Source: the human T2T-CHM13v2.0 reference genome, Homo sapiens | DNA: 64,000 nt | Assembly: GCA_009914755.4 (NCBI GenBank) | Contig: CP086569.2 | Location: 24,000,001-24,064,000, forward strand | Reading direction: 5' to 3' | Part shown: positions 1 through 12,877 of the stretch, one piece after another | Layout of the letters: each line of letters begins with the position of its first letter | Position numbering within the stretch: position 1 is the stretch's first letter | Program-made: the position numbers and the translations under genes | The notes under the pieces: model-generated | Told to the model about the DNA's origin: nothing | The model's input: the letters and a program-made list of their open reading frames with translations, nothing else | Databases searched by the model: none

Positions 1-380
1 GATTCTGTGCTCTGAAAAGTGCAGCATAAATTTATTTCACTCTATCTCCCTAAGAAAATTCATGAAAGTCAGTTTGGATGTTTCATTCAGCTATTTCACA
101 GTAAAGATGAAAACTGCATCCAGAAATAAAGAAGAGAACACCACATCTCAGAAATCTCTTCTACAGAAAAGTTATTGCCAAGTATATTCCTCTCAAAATA
201 CTACTTCATTACTTCTAAATAAGACAGAGGTCTTCATTCTACACTACTTCTACGTGTTTCCTTAAATTTTAGGTACACTTCACTAATTTAAAATGACCAA
301 CTATTCAGGAAATTTGTATAAACAAGTTGAATGCCTCAGTAATACCTGAAAGTAAATCATTTTACTCCTTCTTACATTAC

Positions 381-452
381 CTGATAATTATATACAGGCA
401 ACTGATATCCAGCAGTGACCTGAAATGGTGATCTTGGATAAGCAGGAAATGG
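381..452 (-). CDS. DAZ: DAZ-repeat exon 7 copy (PFPAYPRSPFQVTAGYQLPVYNYQ)
   Basis: Minus strand: cttttcag|CCATTTCCTGCTTATCCAAGATCACCATTTCAGGTCACTGCTGGATATCAGTTGCCTGTATATAATTATCAG|gtaatg. Lies inside ORF 372..578-. Confidence 0.85.
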
Positions 453-2012
453 CTGAAAAGAAAGGTTGCAGAAAAAAATGAATATGGTAAACCACTTTTT
501 AAAATTACAAAGAAATATAATTCCCAATATAACAAAAATATTACAAAAGGTAAAATATCCTTTTTCTACGTACAACAATGCAGAATTCCAAATGAATGAC
601 TGACTTTATGAAGAAAGAAAGATTCTAGGTCAAGTGCTACACTATGGGTGTGAAGGGGGAACAAATGACAAAAGAATTGACTACTTCACCAAAGTTTACC
701 TTATACTGTGTACTTATTCACACCCAGACGTTATTTCTTACACTGGTGGTAAGGCTCCATTAAGAGAGATTGCAAGGTAAGTTAAATTAATACATTTGCA
801 ATTTCTCTGTAAGAATATTTCCAGACTGTTTTGTATCAGACAATATTATAGGGTAATATGTAGTTCGACAGATGTTATGGCTTTGTCTGTACTTCATTAC
901 AAAAAACTAAGTGCAGTCTATGATCCAATACTGGAGAAGAGAAAGTATAATGTCTTACATGTTTCAATAAATTCTTATTGTTTGAAAACATACAGGTAGC
1001 AGCATACATGAATACACCCAGAATCAGTGATGCCTCACAGTAAATGACAGAAAAAAGTAGGACTTTTTTTCTAGCCATTGTTCAGAGAAGGAAAAAGAAG
1101 AGGTATACCATACAAGTTTCAAGTACATGCAAAATATCAACAAATTAGAGACACTGCATAACTATTTCACTATTATTTTGTTACTTCATTTTCCGTCAAA
1201 GAAAATGTCTTTAAAGCTAACACGTCAATAAAATGAACTAAGAAGAATATAAACGTTATTTATCAACAGTAGGTGACAGAGTATGTCAAACCCTACTTTA
1301 AATATCAATGTAACCAGGATCAGAGAAATTAGATGCCAGAAGCTCACGGGGTTTACATATATATACTAAACCACATCAGAAATCTACCCATTCCAGAACC
1401 AGGAAATATCCAGAAGTCAGCAATTTATATGAGGAGGCATCTGGAAATCATTTCAAATAAAGGATAGCTAGATGAACTGCTAAACTTACCGAAGAATAAA
1501 GTAGGCAGACACATAAGGAGAGCTGCTTTCATTCACTTTAGGAACTGCTTATAAGGGGGAAAGCAGCTCCGGTGATTTGGAGGTAATACTCTCGTTCACT
1601 CCTGTTCTTATTTAAGCGTCATTAACAGCAAAGCAATTCTGTTTCTCTTCTATAAATTTTCTATTGCTGGTAAAGCCAGAGGCTGATTATTGGCAGATAC
1701 GTGATAATTCTAAAGTCAAGTGAATACTACTTTTCTGTGATTATATAGTCTATCATTATGTGGACCTGCCATTGCTTAGGCACATAAAAACCTGAGGGCA
1801 AAAAAGGCACTCTTGCTCCCATGGGAGTTCATAATCGGGTTAACAAGAAAGTAACAACGACAAAAAAATTAATATAAAGAATCACTTAAAAATATTTATA
1901 GGCATATAGGACATGGAAAAAAATCAAGAATGAACAGGAAGTCTATGTTTGGCTAATTCACTTAACGTCAAGAACGGAATCCCTTTGCTCCCCAACAGGC
2001 CCCTATGGTGGC

Positions 2013-2016
<4 letters not shown>

Positions 2017-2042
<26 letters not shown>
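2017..2042. repeat. Poly(A)26 tract inside the 2.4-kb DAZ repeat unit (one per unit); 25 T in the mirror copy at about 60037..60061
   Basis: ggcatctta then A26 then ggacaccaaaactatt. Similar A24 tracts occur at 4471..4494 and 13335..13358, T24 at 57586..57609, and A24/A25/T24 at 8954..8977, 19804..19828 and 53103..53126. Confidence 0.9.
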
Positions 2043-2043
<1 letters not shown>

Positions 2044-2771
2044 GGACACCAAAACTATTAAAGTATTCCTACACATTTTCAAAAACTCATGAGAAACACA
2101 ATATTGAAGTCCTTATCCTGCTGTCTCCTTTTTTATTATAATAAAAGTAACAGAAAGGAAAACTTAAGTACATCATGTTTCTAGTCCATGACATTCTTCT
2201 TACTTTTATATTTGAAACTTCATCTTTCTCCAAATTTTCAGGAGTTGGCAATGTGGAAACCTCCAAGATACTACCTCTTTCAGTTTATTACCATAGATAT
2301 AATTATGGGTCATAGATATACTTGTATCTATGAAAAGAGATCCAGAGAATTACTATCTTCAAACAGCCAGCTAAAATGAAAATGTAATTGGGATTCTGTG
2401 CTCTGAAAAGTGCAGCAGAAATTTATTTCACTCTATCTCCCTAAGAAAATTCATGAAAGTCAGTTTGGATGTTTCATTCAGCTATTTCACAGTAAAGATG
2501 AAAACTACATCCAGAAGTAAAGGAGAGAACACCACATCTCAGAAATCTCTTCTACAGAAATGTTATTGCCAGGTATATTCCTCTCAAAATACTACTTCAT
2601 TACTTCTAAATAAGACAGATGTCTTCATTCTACACTAATTCTAAGTGTTTCCTTAAATTTTAGGTACACTTCACTAGTTTAAAATGACCAACTGTTCAGG
2701 AAATTTGTCTAAAAAAGTTAAAGGCCCCAATAATACCTGAAAGCAAATCATTTTACTCCCTCTTACATTAC

Positions 2772-2843
2772 CTGATAATTATATACAGGCAACTGATATC
2801 CAGTGGTGACCTGAAATGCTGAATCGGGATAAGTAGGATATTC
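2772..2843 (-). CDS. DAZ: DAZ-repeat exon 7 copy (EYPTYPDSAFQVTTGYQLPVYNYQ)
   Basis: Minus strand: ttttcag|GAATATCCTACTTATCCCGATTCAGCATTTCAGGTCACCACTGGATATCAGTTGCCTGTATATAATTATCAG|gtaatg. Confidence 0.85.
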
Positions 2844-5214
2844 CTGAAAATAAATTATACAGAAAGAATGAATTAATACGTTAAAACATTATTTTTAATT
2901 AGGAAGAATTAGTCCCAATATAACAAAACTATGAAAAATTTCGAAATACTAATTATTTTTCTATCTGCAACAATGTAGAATTGTAAGTGACTGACTGATT
3001 TATGAAGAACGTATTATTCTCGGTCAAGTGCTATGGTTGGGCGTGGAGGGGGAACAGACAAATGTCAAAAGAACTGGCTATGACACCAGGCAAAGTTAAC
3101 CTTACTTATATTGTGTACTTATGCCCACCCAGAAGTTATTTCTTGCACTGGTGATAAGGCTGCATTAAGACAGAGTTCAATGTAAGTTAAATTAATACAT
3201 TTGCTATTTCCCTGTAAAAATGCTTCCAGACTGATGTGTATTTGACAATATTATAAGGTAATACGTAGTTCTGCAGAATTTACGGCGTTTTCTGTACTTC
3301 ATGTTGAAAAACTAAGTGCAGTATAGAATCCAATACTGGAAAAGAGACAGTATAATGTCTCATATGTTTCAATAAATACTTATTGTTTCAACACATATAG
3401 GTAAGCAGCATGCATCAATACACCCAGATTCAGTAATGGCTCACAGTAAATGATAGAAGTAGGGCTTTTATTCCAGCCATTGTTCACAGAAGGAAAAAGA
3501 AGATGAGGTATACCGTACATGTTTCAAGTACAGGGAAAATGTCAACAAATGAGAAACACTGAATATAACTACTTCACTACTATTCTGTTACTTTATTTTC
3601 CATCAAAGAAAATGTCTTTTAAACTAAGATATAAATAAAATGAACTAAGAAGAAAATAAACGTTATTTACCACCAGTAAGTGACAGAATATGTCAAATCT
3701 ACTTTAAATAGCAAACTAACAAGGATCAGAGACACTACATGCCAGAAACTTGCGGGATTTACAGATACCTAAAACATATCAGAAATCTACCCATTCCAGA
3801 ACCAGAATATATCTGGAAGTCAGCAATTTAATATGCAGAGGCATCTGGAAATCATTTCAAATAAAGAATACCTGGATTAACTGCTAAACTTAGAGAAGAA
3901 TAAAGCAGGCAGACACATGAGGAGAACTGCTTTTAAATATTTTAGTTATATGGGGGAAAGCAGCTCAGGTGTTATAGAGGTAATACTCTTTTTAATCCTA
4001 TTCTTATTTAAGAGTAATTAACAGCAAAACATTTCTGTTTCTTTTATGAAATTTTTTATGGTTGGTACATCCAGATGCAGATTCTCATCAGATACATGCT
4101 ATTCTAAAGCCAAATTAATACTACCTTTCTTAGATAAAGCCACATTAGGACTACCTTTCTTAGATTAAATAATCTATCGACAAGTAACTGAACACTTGTC
4201 ATAATTTGGAGAAGCCATTGCTTAAGCATACAAAAACCTGAGAGAGAAAAAGGCACTGTTTCTCCCATGGGAGATTATAATTGGGTTAAAAAGAAAGTAA
4301 CAAAACGTTAACACATCAATATAAAGAATCATTAAAAATATTTATAGGCATATGTGCCACACAAAAAATCAAGAAAGAAGAGCAGGTATATGTTTCACTC
4401 ATTCGCTTTACCGGAGGAACAACATAACTCCTTTGCGCCCCAACAGGCCAGTGCAGTGGAATCTTAAATTAAAAAAAAAAAAAAAAAAAAAAAAGTAACC
4501 AAAATTATTTAAATACTCCTACACGTTTTCAAAAACACATGAGTTACATAATATTGGAGTATTTATCATGATGGCTCCTTTGTTATAATAAAAGAAACAG
4601 AATAGAAAAAAGAAGTACTTTAGGTTTCTAATCCCCAAAGTTCTTGTTGTTACTTCTACACAGAAAACCTCACCTTTTTCCCAATTTTATGGAAACAGAA
4701 TTGTGGAACCCTCAAAGATATTAATTCTTTGAATTTGTTACCACAGATACAATTATGGGTCACAGATAATAGTTGTACCATTGAAAAGAGACCCAGAGAA
4801 CTGCTATCATGAAGCAGCAAGCTAAAATAAAAATACAACTGAAATTCTGTGCTCTAAGAATTCGGTAAAGCTTTTATTTCACTCTGTATCTCTACAAGAT
4901 TCAGGAAAGTCAGTCTGGATGTTTCAGCTCTTTGACAGCAAAGATAACAAAATACATGCTGAAACAAAGAAGGGAACACCAAATCTCAGAAATTGTTCTA
5001 CGGAAAAGTTATTGCTAAGTACCCTCCTGTCAAAATCTTATTTCATCACTTCTAAATAAAACAGAGGTCCTCATTACACTAATTCTAAGTGATTTCTTAA
5101 ATTTTAGGTACAGTTCACTAGTTTAAAAGGACAACCTATTCAAGCAATTTGTATAAGCAAGTTGAGGCCTCAATAGTAGCTGAAAGTAAATCATCTTACT
5201 CCCTCTTCAATTAC

Positions 5215-5286
5215 CTGATAATTATATACAAGCAACTGACATCCAGTGATGACCTGACCTGGTGAATGTGGATAAGCAGAGTAAGC
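5215..5286 (-). CDS. DAZ: First functional DAZ-repeat exon 7 of the left gene (AYSAYPHSPGQVITGCQLLVYNYQ)
   Basis: Minus strand: tttattttcag|GCTTACTCTGCTTATCCACATTCACCAGGTCAGGTCATCACTGGATGTCAGTTGCTTGTATATAATTATCAG|gtaattg. 72 nt in phase 0 with intact AG and GT. Confidence 0.85.
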
Positions 5287-6686
5287 CTGAAAATAAAGTT
5301 TACAGAAAGAATGGATTAATACGGTAAAACATTTTCTTTAACTAGAAAGAAATATCATTCCCAAAATAACAAAAATACGAAAAACCTTGAAATGGTAATT
5401 ATTTTTCTACATACAGAAATACAGATTTCTAAATGAATGACTGACATGAAGAAACAAATATTCTCTGTCAAGTGCTACCCTTTGGGCGGGGAGGGGGAAG
5501 AGACAAATGACAAAACAAGTGACTGTTGCACCGGCCAAAGTCTACCATATTTATACTGTGTACTTATGCCCACCCAGAAGTTATTTCTTACGCTGCTGAT
5601 AAGGCTCTATTAAGATAGATTTCAACGTAAGTTAAAATAATACATTTGCTCTTTCTTTGGCAAAATACTTCTAGACTGTTTGCTATCTGATGATATTATA
5701 GGGTAATACTGTAGTTCTTCGGCAGATGTTACGGCTTTCTCTGTACTTCTTTTCCACAAATTAAGGGCAGTAAGTAAGCCACAGCTGGAAAAGAGACAGT
5801 ATAATGTCTTCTACTTTTCAATAAATACTTACTGATTAAAAACATACAGGTAGCATCATTCATCAATACACCCACATTCAGTAATGGCTCACAGTAAATG
5901 CTACAAACAAGTAGGGCTTTTCTTCTAGCCATTGCTCAGAGAAGGAAAAAGAAGAAGAGGTGTACCCCACACGTTTCAAGTACATGGAAAATGTCAACAA
6001 ATGAGAGACACTGAAGAACTAATTCACTACTATTTGGTTACTTTATTTTCCATCGAAGAAAACCTCTTTTTAAAAACTAACACATAAATAAAATGAACGA
6101 AGAACAAACTAAACGTTATTTATCACCAGTAAGTGACAAGAGTATGTCAAATCCTACTTTAAATATCAAAGCAACCAGCATCAGAGAAATTACGTGCCAG
6201 AAACTCACGGGATTTCTAGATAGAGCAAAAGAGATCAGAAATCTACCCATCCCAGAACCAGAATATACCCAGAAGTCAAGCAATTTATATGAGGAGGCAT
6301 CTGGAAATCACTGCAAGTAAAGAATAGCTAGGTTAACTGCTAACCTTAGAGAACAATAAACTAGGCAGACACATAAGGAGGGCTGCTTCCAAATACTTTA
6401 GGAACTAGTTATATGAGGTGAAAGAGGCAGAGATAGGAAGAGATTTGTTCATGTGTCTACAGAGGTCATTTCTAAGAGAAAGCTTCGCCAAGTATACAGA
6501 AGATTCTTAGCTCAAATGACGAACACGAAGAATAAGAAATTTCTAACAAAAGTAACAGATTTCCCGTTACTCACACTGTTCAAACAGGGATTCTATTGCC
6601 ACTTACTATGGAAAGTGTAGATACAATTCCACAGAGGGAAGGATGACTAGAATAAACAAGAGAACAGGAACATAAGCAGTTCTTAC

Positions 6687-6826
6687 CTGAACGTGCTGAG
6701 TTACAGGATTCGGCGTGATTTGGGGCTGCAGGTAGGTTTCAGTGTTTGGATTCCGCCAGACGTTCTGAAACTGTGGTGGAGGAGGAGGATTAACTACCAA
6801 AGGACGTGGCTGCACATGACGAGCAC
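6687..6826 (-). CDS. DAZ: DAZ exon 6, unit A
   Basis: Verified: tcttac|CTGAACGTGCTGAGTTACAGG at 6681 onward. Lies inside ORF 6606..6815- (MQPRPLVVNPPPPPQFQNVW...). Confidence 0.88.
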
Positions 6827-6915
6827 CTTTTTAAAAAGCAAGAAGAAAAAAGCCTATTTTTAGTTATTTGAAAAGCTACACGGGTCAGAAAAGAACCATT
6901 TCTTTTCCTACTCAC

Positions 6916-6979
6916 ATAACTTTTGTTTCCTGATTGCAGGGCCCAGCTTCAGCTTTTTACCATGGAAATGTATCTGTGA
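6916..6979 (-). CDS. DAZ: DAZ exon 5, unit A
   Basis: Verified: actcac|ATAACTTTTGTTTCCTGATTGCAGGGCC at 6916 and ...TATCTGTGA|ctg at 6979. Confidence 0.88.
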
Positions 6980-7415
6980 CTGAAAATAGAACCGTTAACA
7001 AAACTAGAATCAATTTTCAAGTGTTAGCTTCCAAGACTTGGGTAAACACCTGAAGTCTTCTAAAGTACCTATCATCATAGAAGATCGGGGACAACTACGC
7101 ACCAAATTAAAATTTGTCATCACGAAGCTACCTTACTTACCCTTACTACTCTAATCAGTGTCAAGAGGCATCAAGTGAAAGTTGATCAAAAACTTTCCAT
7201 CACCCTGTCTCCAACCCTTCCTGTCTGTAGTTCATGAAACTAGGTGTCCAGTCAAAAATAAACAGGATCAAACAAGCTACGTGAGGTTACTCTGAGTTTG
7301 GATTTTGAACAGGAAGTGTGTCTTTCCCCAAATTTTACACAAGTCCGAGTGTATCACTGACACTAAACGTTGTAGCAATAAGATAAATAAGAGATTTTTC
7401 TATTAGATTACTTAC

Positions 7416-7467
7416 TCCTACTATCTTCTGGACATCCACGTCATTAACAAACGAAACAAATCCATAG
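7416..7467 (-). CDS. DAZ: DAZ exon 4, unit A
   Basis: Verified: acttac|TCCTACTATCTTCTGG at 7410 onward and ...AAATCCATAG|ct at 7467/7468. Confidence 0.88.
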
Positions 7468-8027
7468 CTATAAAGGCAGACAAATGAAGCATAAAATCAC
7501 CATCATACAGTACGTGGTTCAGAAGGTCTACTATTCTATATACAGAAGTGATCATGACAAAAGACGAATAATATACCATGATAAGTATTTGCTAAGATGT
7601 ACATGACAGATCCTCTACAAATACCACTTTTTCTTAAGCAGAACTATGTCAAAATGTGCTAGGATTAGGGCAGTGTGACAACTTTATTGATTAGCAAAGA
7701 ATTCATATCTGTGAACCTGAGTTTAACTTACTGTCTAAGACAAGGTGGTTAAAATTTAAGATGCTCTGCAGTGTATGAAGAAAACAATTATTTGAGAAAA
7801 CTGATTAACTCATCTGTATGAAATAGAAACTGGAGACATTTAAATACAAACATTAGAAAAATGGTCAAATAGAAGAACTGGTAATAGCCTTTTATCCCCT
7901 ACGTGAAAGAAATTAACACTGCAGAATATTGCATTTATACAAGGGTCAGAATATCAGTTTTGAAGTCTTGTCTGATACTTATAGAATAGGTGACTGGAGT
8001 TCACATATTTTTGATAAAATTACTCAC

Positions 8028-8119
8028 CCTTTGGACACACCAGTTCGATTCGTGATTATCTTCACTTCTTTCACTGAACCGTATCTACCAAAGCAGCTTC
8101 CAATCTCAGTTTCATCCAT
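8028..8119 (-). CDS. DAZ: DAZ exon 3, unit A
   Basis: Verified: actcac|CCTTTGGACACACCAG at 8022-8043 and CAATCTCAGTTTCATCCAT|ct at 8101-8121. Confidence 0.88.
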
Positions 8120-8393
8120 CTATGGAAAAGAACTGAACGTCAGAGTAAAAATTCAGCATTCAAAAATTTCAACTTTACTACAATTTTACTACCATGAGGT
8201 GGAAATTTCTCCCCCATTTATCCCCGAATGACCAGCAGCCCTTTGTCAAAGATATTTTTAGTACCTATGGGTCAAACCTAAAAGCAATTCTAAACCTCCA
8301 GGAAGTACAAAAAAAAATTTAAGTTTGTAACAGGGCCCACATCCCATTGTTCATGATGTATGTTAAGGTAAAAATGAGGTACGAATACAATAC

Positions 8394-8540
8394 CCTAGCA
8401 TCAATTCCACCAACAAAAACAGTGTTTGGCACGATTTTGCCTTCTGGTAACACCCAGCCTTGGCTAGCTGCAGCTGATGAAGACTGGGTGCTGGCCTCTC
8501 TGGAGATGGTTGAGTTTGGAGTCTCAGGATTTGCAGCAGA
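8394..8540 (-). CDS. DAZ: DAZ exon 2, distal unit A
   Basis: Verified directly: acCCTAGCATCAATTCCACC at 8392 onward and ...TTTGCAGCAGActgta at 8540. Lies inside ORF 8363..8590-. Confidence 0.88.
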
Positions 8541-11500
8541 CTGTAATTTGGAAAGTAGACATCATAATTACGTATGCAGGCAAAACCCATACATAATGTG
8601 AAATACCATTTTTGTATTTTAAGTATATTTTACATAAATTACTTTCATTGTAATTCAGTCACCAGTGCAGCTCAGTTCAGGCTCAGGATTTAAACTTATC
8701 AGAGTACATCAGCATGGAATTTTAACCGAAGGATACAGTACTTTCTTAAACCTAGTGCCGCTCATCACCGAGTCTTGTATAATGCTGTGGAAGAATACCC
8801 ATTTAGTATTTGTGAAAGTACTACGTGAAGTAGTTAAAAAAGACACCCAAAACTAGAGAGTTTAGATTTGTAAAAATTAAAGTTATTAAAATCATCCTGT
8901 TCTATATTCATAAACAACTTTTCACTTTACTGAGTAGACTAAAGATAAATCTTAAAAAAAAAAAAAAAAAAAAAAAGCCCCACCAAAAAGAAAATAAGCC
9001 TCAACGTTTTAAACCAATTTGTTACAATCCTCTTCCCTAACGCTAGGGTGTTCAAAGCATCTTTTGAAATAACATTTTTCTTCCTGAGTAACACGGAATC
9101 AGTCTGACTGATAATTCTGATTTTCACAGTGGGCTGATAGATATAAATGATACCATCTTTATTTTCAGATAAAAAAACACATACATATAACTCACTAATT
9201 TTCTAGATTCTGATCAGAACTGTCTTTATTCTTTCCACAGCAGACTCTAAGGTTAATGTAAAATTTTCTGAAGTAGTATTCATAAGTAATATATACGTTG
9301 GAGAAACAATATAGCATAGTGAAACAAAAATTAATTCAGTCAGGAGATCTAGGTTTATGTCCCTTACAGGTAAGTGGTTATAAGCCACCTACTTGCCAGC
9401 TATGTATCTGTGGGCAAAGTGCTTTGAGAATGACATGAGATCACATCTGTGAATTCATTTTGTACGTATAAAGTGGTACAAGTGGTGTGCCAATGTAAGT
9501 TAGTGTCCTGTTATTTGAATTTATTTTCAGCCGATTTGTTTTCAAGTTTCTTTTTTGGCTTCACTATTTAGCTGACTTATTTTGAAAAAATTTTAATTAA
9601 GAACTAATTGACACATCAGGAAACTATGACACATCATTAATTTAAAAATCATTGGTGAAGTGCTGTTGACTTCACAAATGTCAGTACAAAATGCTGCAAA
9701 AGAGAAAGCTATTACACATATACCTGTCTGAAAGAAAACAAAAGACAAAAGAAACTGCGTTATCTTTTTGAACACAGTAATGTTATAGAAGTTAATAAGA
9801 AAGGAGGGTTCCTGCTTTGTTAATTAGAGCCTAGAAGTTACTGATTCTACACAGCTTTACTAGAGATCAAATCTAAATTGTCAAATCAACTAAAGCCGAG
9901 GTTACTGCATTTCTCTATTCTTTCGTGCTTGTACTTGCTATTTTGGGTCTGTAACTAATTCCTAATTCTTTCCTTTAACAGCGTTATTTCATGACAATGA
10001 TGTGAAAGAAAAATTTAAAACACTATTTTTAAAGTTCTTCCTTTCAAAAATGTCTCACATTATTGCTTTTTCCAAATGACATTAAGCTGCACTACCTTGA
10101 ACTACTGGGAACCTGATTAGATATCCCTTCCCTATAGACAATTTACCAATTCCTTCTCAGTTCATTCAGAAATCCCAAACAGAATAAAACAAAACAAAAC
10201 AAATTCTGAAATTCTTGTAGTTTCTTTTTCTCCTTTCCAATTCCTCCTTGATTTGTGGATGAACTTTGGGTATGTGTTTCCTTGATAAACAAGCTATATT
10301 ACAGTATCGTCTCTGCACCATAGTGTTTGGATGTATTTTAATTTAGAAATGTAACATCTGGCAGAAAACTGTGTCAGACTACGAGAGGTTACGGAAATGC
10401 ACTGATTCTCAACTGGGCAAGATTTTTGAGCCCCAGGGGCATTTAGCGACGTTTAGAGATTGGCTGTCACAACTGAGATGTATTCCTGGAATCTGATGGG
10501 CTGAAGGCCAGGCACACTACTGCGCATCCTACAGTGTAAAGACAGCCTCCTACCATAAGGAAGTATTTGGTGCACAATTTGAAAAGGGTCTGGTTAAGAA
10601 ACCTTGTCACCGTGCCACAAGAATTGAAGAGGAAAATTCTTCTTTGGGAAGAACCTGATTTCCATCGCTCACTAAAGTGAATCTTTTCATGACCTCGGTT
10701 TCAGTTTCCTTGCTTGAAAACGAATGGCCGGAAAAGACCTCGGGTGTCTCTTCTGATTCTCATACTCATTTGGATACTCGAAATAACCGTAGTTTGGTAA
10801 AGAAGAAAAAAGGCATTTGATATTATTAAGAAGTTTGACTTTAGCTTGGATCTTACAAACCGGCTGCCTGCTTAACTGGAATCGTACATATAAAATTCAC
10901 TGAATCTCTCTAACAGCGTCATAATACTTTAAATGAAGGAAGTAATGATCATGTCCTAGTCCTCAGCCAGCAGGTGGCGCTCAAAGCTAACAAGGTAAGC
11001 AATGTACCTCGTTTTCTGCAACGTACTTCACTTTTACCATGGCTCGAGTAGCAGGGATTGTTCAATTCCGACTGTGTACTTATACATAATTATATAATGT
11101 ATATATAAAAATCCACAATCAACAGACAATCTTTGGTTAGTTTTAAACTACGGCCAAAAATATAAATGAATGCTTCGGATAAGCAAAAGTTTAGTTTGAA
11201 AGAAAGTACCATCGTAACCGTCAATGGCATCCTGAAAACAAACTGCATTAAAGAAGTAATTTTCTTAACCGTATCTTCAAGTGAGTTGTTGAATTTTCAA
11301 ATGAGAAATGTTGCAATAGTAAACAGGGGTGAGCTTCAACACCATCATACACGCAACTCTCACTGCTACATAGGGCAAATACATTCCTTGTTACATGTGG
11401 ACAACCAAGTGACAACGACAGCTAAAAGCTGCAAAAAAATTATCGTTATTTAAACTCCTGGCATGTCAGCTCCTTTGCCAGTATTATCTAATTCAATTAC

Positions 11501-12699
11501 TATGTCAACCTGTAAGCAAACTGATACTTATATAAACTGACCAGGAAAAAGCCTATCATTTGTAGTCAGCAAAGTTACATTCACAGCAATAGAAGAGGAG
11601 CAAATAAAGAGAGTGATAAAATTAAGAAAATATGACAGGAAAATCAGAATCAAAACCTTAAGCAAATCAAAGAGCAGATTCTCGGGGAGTGGTGCGTGGG
11701 GAGGATGAAATTCAAGCAATAAACAATCCTGGCAAAACAAAGCAAGAAAACACAAGAAAGCAAAAGTATACATGAGACCTGAAAAATGGGTTGCGGCCAC
11801 AGATAATAGAAGAATGCTAAGCAGAAACTCTATTTTCAATGAGGAAGAAAGTATTTCTCAACGCGTTTTACAAAGCTAAAAGCATATAGGTAACAAAGCC
11901 TCATCCAGATGATCCATCCCTGCCCTCAACACAAATGCAAAATTCCAGCAGTATATAAAGAGTCTAAGTTTACATTGGGAATGCAAGAATACTCCATTCG
12001 CAGGATACATTACTTTAGTTCATCACTGAAAATCATTTGATAAAATACAGCACTCATAATTTAAATTTTTTAAAAACCCAAGTAAAATAGAGGTAGAGGA
12101 ATCTTATTTTCTATCAATCTCATTCTACCCTATCATCAAGCTTACAAGTGAAATAGTTGAGTCAACTCAATTGAAAGTAGGAATGAGGTAAGGGCACCAG
12201 GGCACCTCCTTATTACTCCTGCATATGTTTTCCACTGTGTATGACAAAAGTGAATACTAATACAAAGTATTCTTATGAATCAGTAAGAAAAATAAAATTA
12301 AAAAGGTAATTTTAAAAGCTAAAGATCAATGATCAACTTCAATGATGATTTTTAAAAGTGCACATCAACATAATGTAATATTTTCCAGCTATTACGCTGA
12401 CAATTTAAAAAATACTAATAACTTTCACTGGAATGGGTGTGGAAAAGACAGCACTCTACACACCATCAGTGAGAAAATACTAATACGTGATTTACCAAGA
12501 GTACTTTGGAAAAGCTGTATCATAATTTGATAAGCGGGGATACTCACCACTATACTAAAAAGGAGAATTCATTATAAAATTGTTATACAAGGGGCAAAGT
12601 GCTTTCACCTAGCAATTCCACTTATAGCAATTCATCTCAAGAAATTAATAGTACAAGCGTGCCAAGATATTTACACAAAGATATTCACAGCATTGTTCT

Positions 12700-12877
12700 T
12701 TTTGAGACTGAGTCTCTCTTTGCCGCCTAGGCTGGAGTGCAGTGGCACAATCTCAGCTCACAGCAATCTGCGCCCCAGGATCACGTGATGCTGCTGCCTC
12801 AGCCTCCCGAGTAGCTGGGATTACAAGTGTGCGCCACCACGCCTGGCTAAATTTTTTGTATTTTTAGTAGAGACAGG
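12700..12877 (-). mobile_element. 3'-truncated antisense Alu fragment that forms the junction of the ancestral 10.8-kb duplication
   Basis: tttgagactgagtctctctttgccgcctaggctggagtgcagtggc...tttttagtagagacagg, then abruptly aaacaaaaatcattcaaatattcc, which is 2.4-kb DAZ-repeat-type sequence. The homologous Alu at 24114..24412 is full length. Confidence 0.8.

Larger units (their letters stand above)
1..5290 (-). repeat. DAZ: DAZ 2.4-kb tandem repeat array (left gene, distal part in window); each unit carries one 72-bp exon 7
   Basis: Recurrent ORFs at 62..265 and 2453..2638 (period 2391); exon-7 copies at 381, 2772 and 5215 (spacings 2391 and 2443). Confidence 0.85.
5356..11339 (-). repeat. DAZ: Near-identical ~6-kb core of the 10.85-kb tandem RRM-encoding unit, distal copy A (exons 2-6)
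   Basis: Identical to 16206..22547 at a constant offset of 10850 (ORFs 5729..5932 = 16579..16782; 6093..6320 = 16943..17170; 7929..8231 = 18779..19081). Identity stops at 11339/11340 (gagcttcaa|caccatca vs gagcttcaa|gaccgtca). Confidence 0.88.

Noticed and set aside
875-1078. 67-aa sense-strand ORF (MARKKxLLxSVIYCE...EVQTKP) maintained at equal length in several 2.4-kb units (5729..5932, 16579..16782, 61001..61204 and 63404..63607)
   Set aside because: It is intronic (between exon-7 copies). Units are only about 10% diverged, so persistence of a 67-codon frame is plausible by chance. The copy in segment D (about 14100..14300) is disrupted. No domain similarity recognised.
6093-6320. Recurrent small ORFs of the MSNPTLNIK...IRNLPIPEPEY type found in each 2.4-kb unit (for example 14528..14791 and 63016..63198)
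   Set aside because: They recur only because the units are tandem duplicates. They are antisense to DAZ, and copies differ by frameshifts and by different starts and stops, so there is no conservation of a reading frame.
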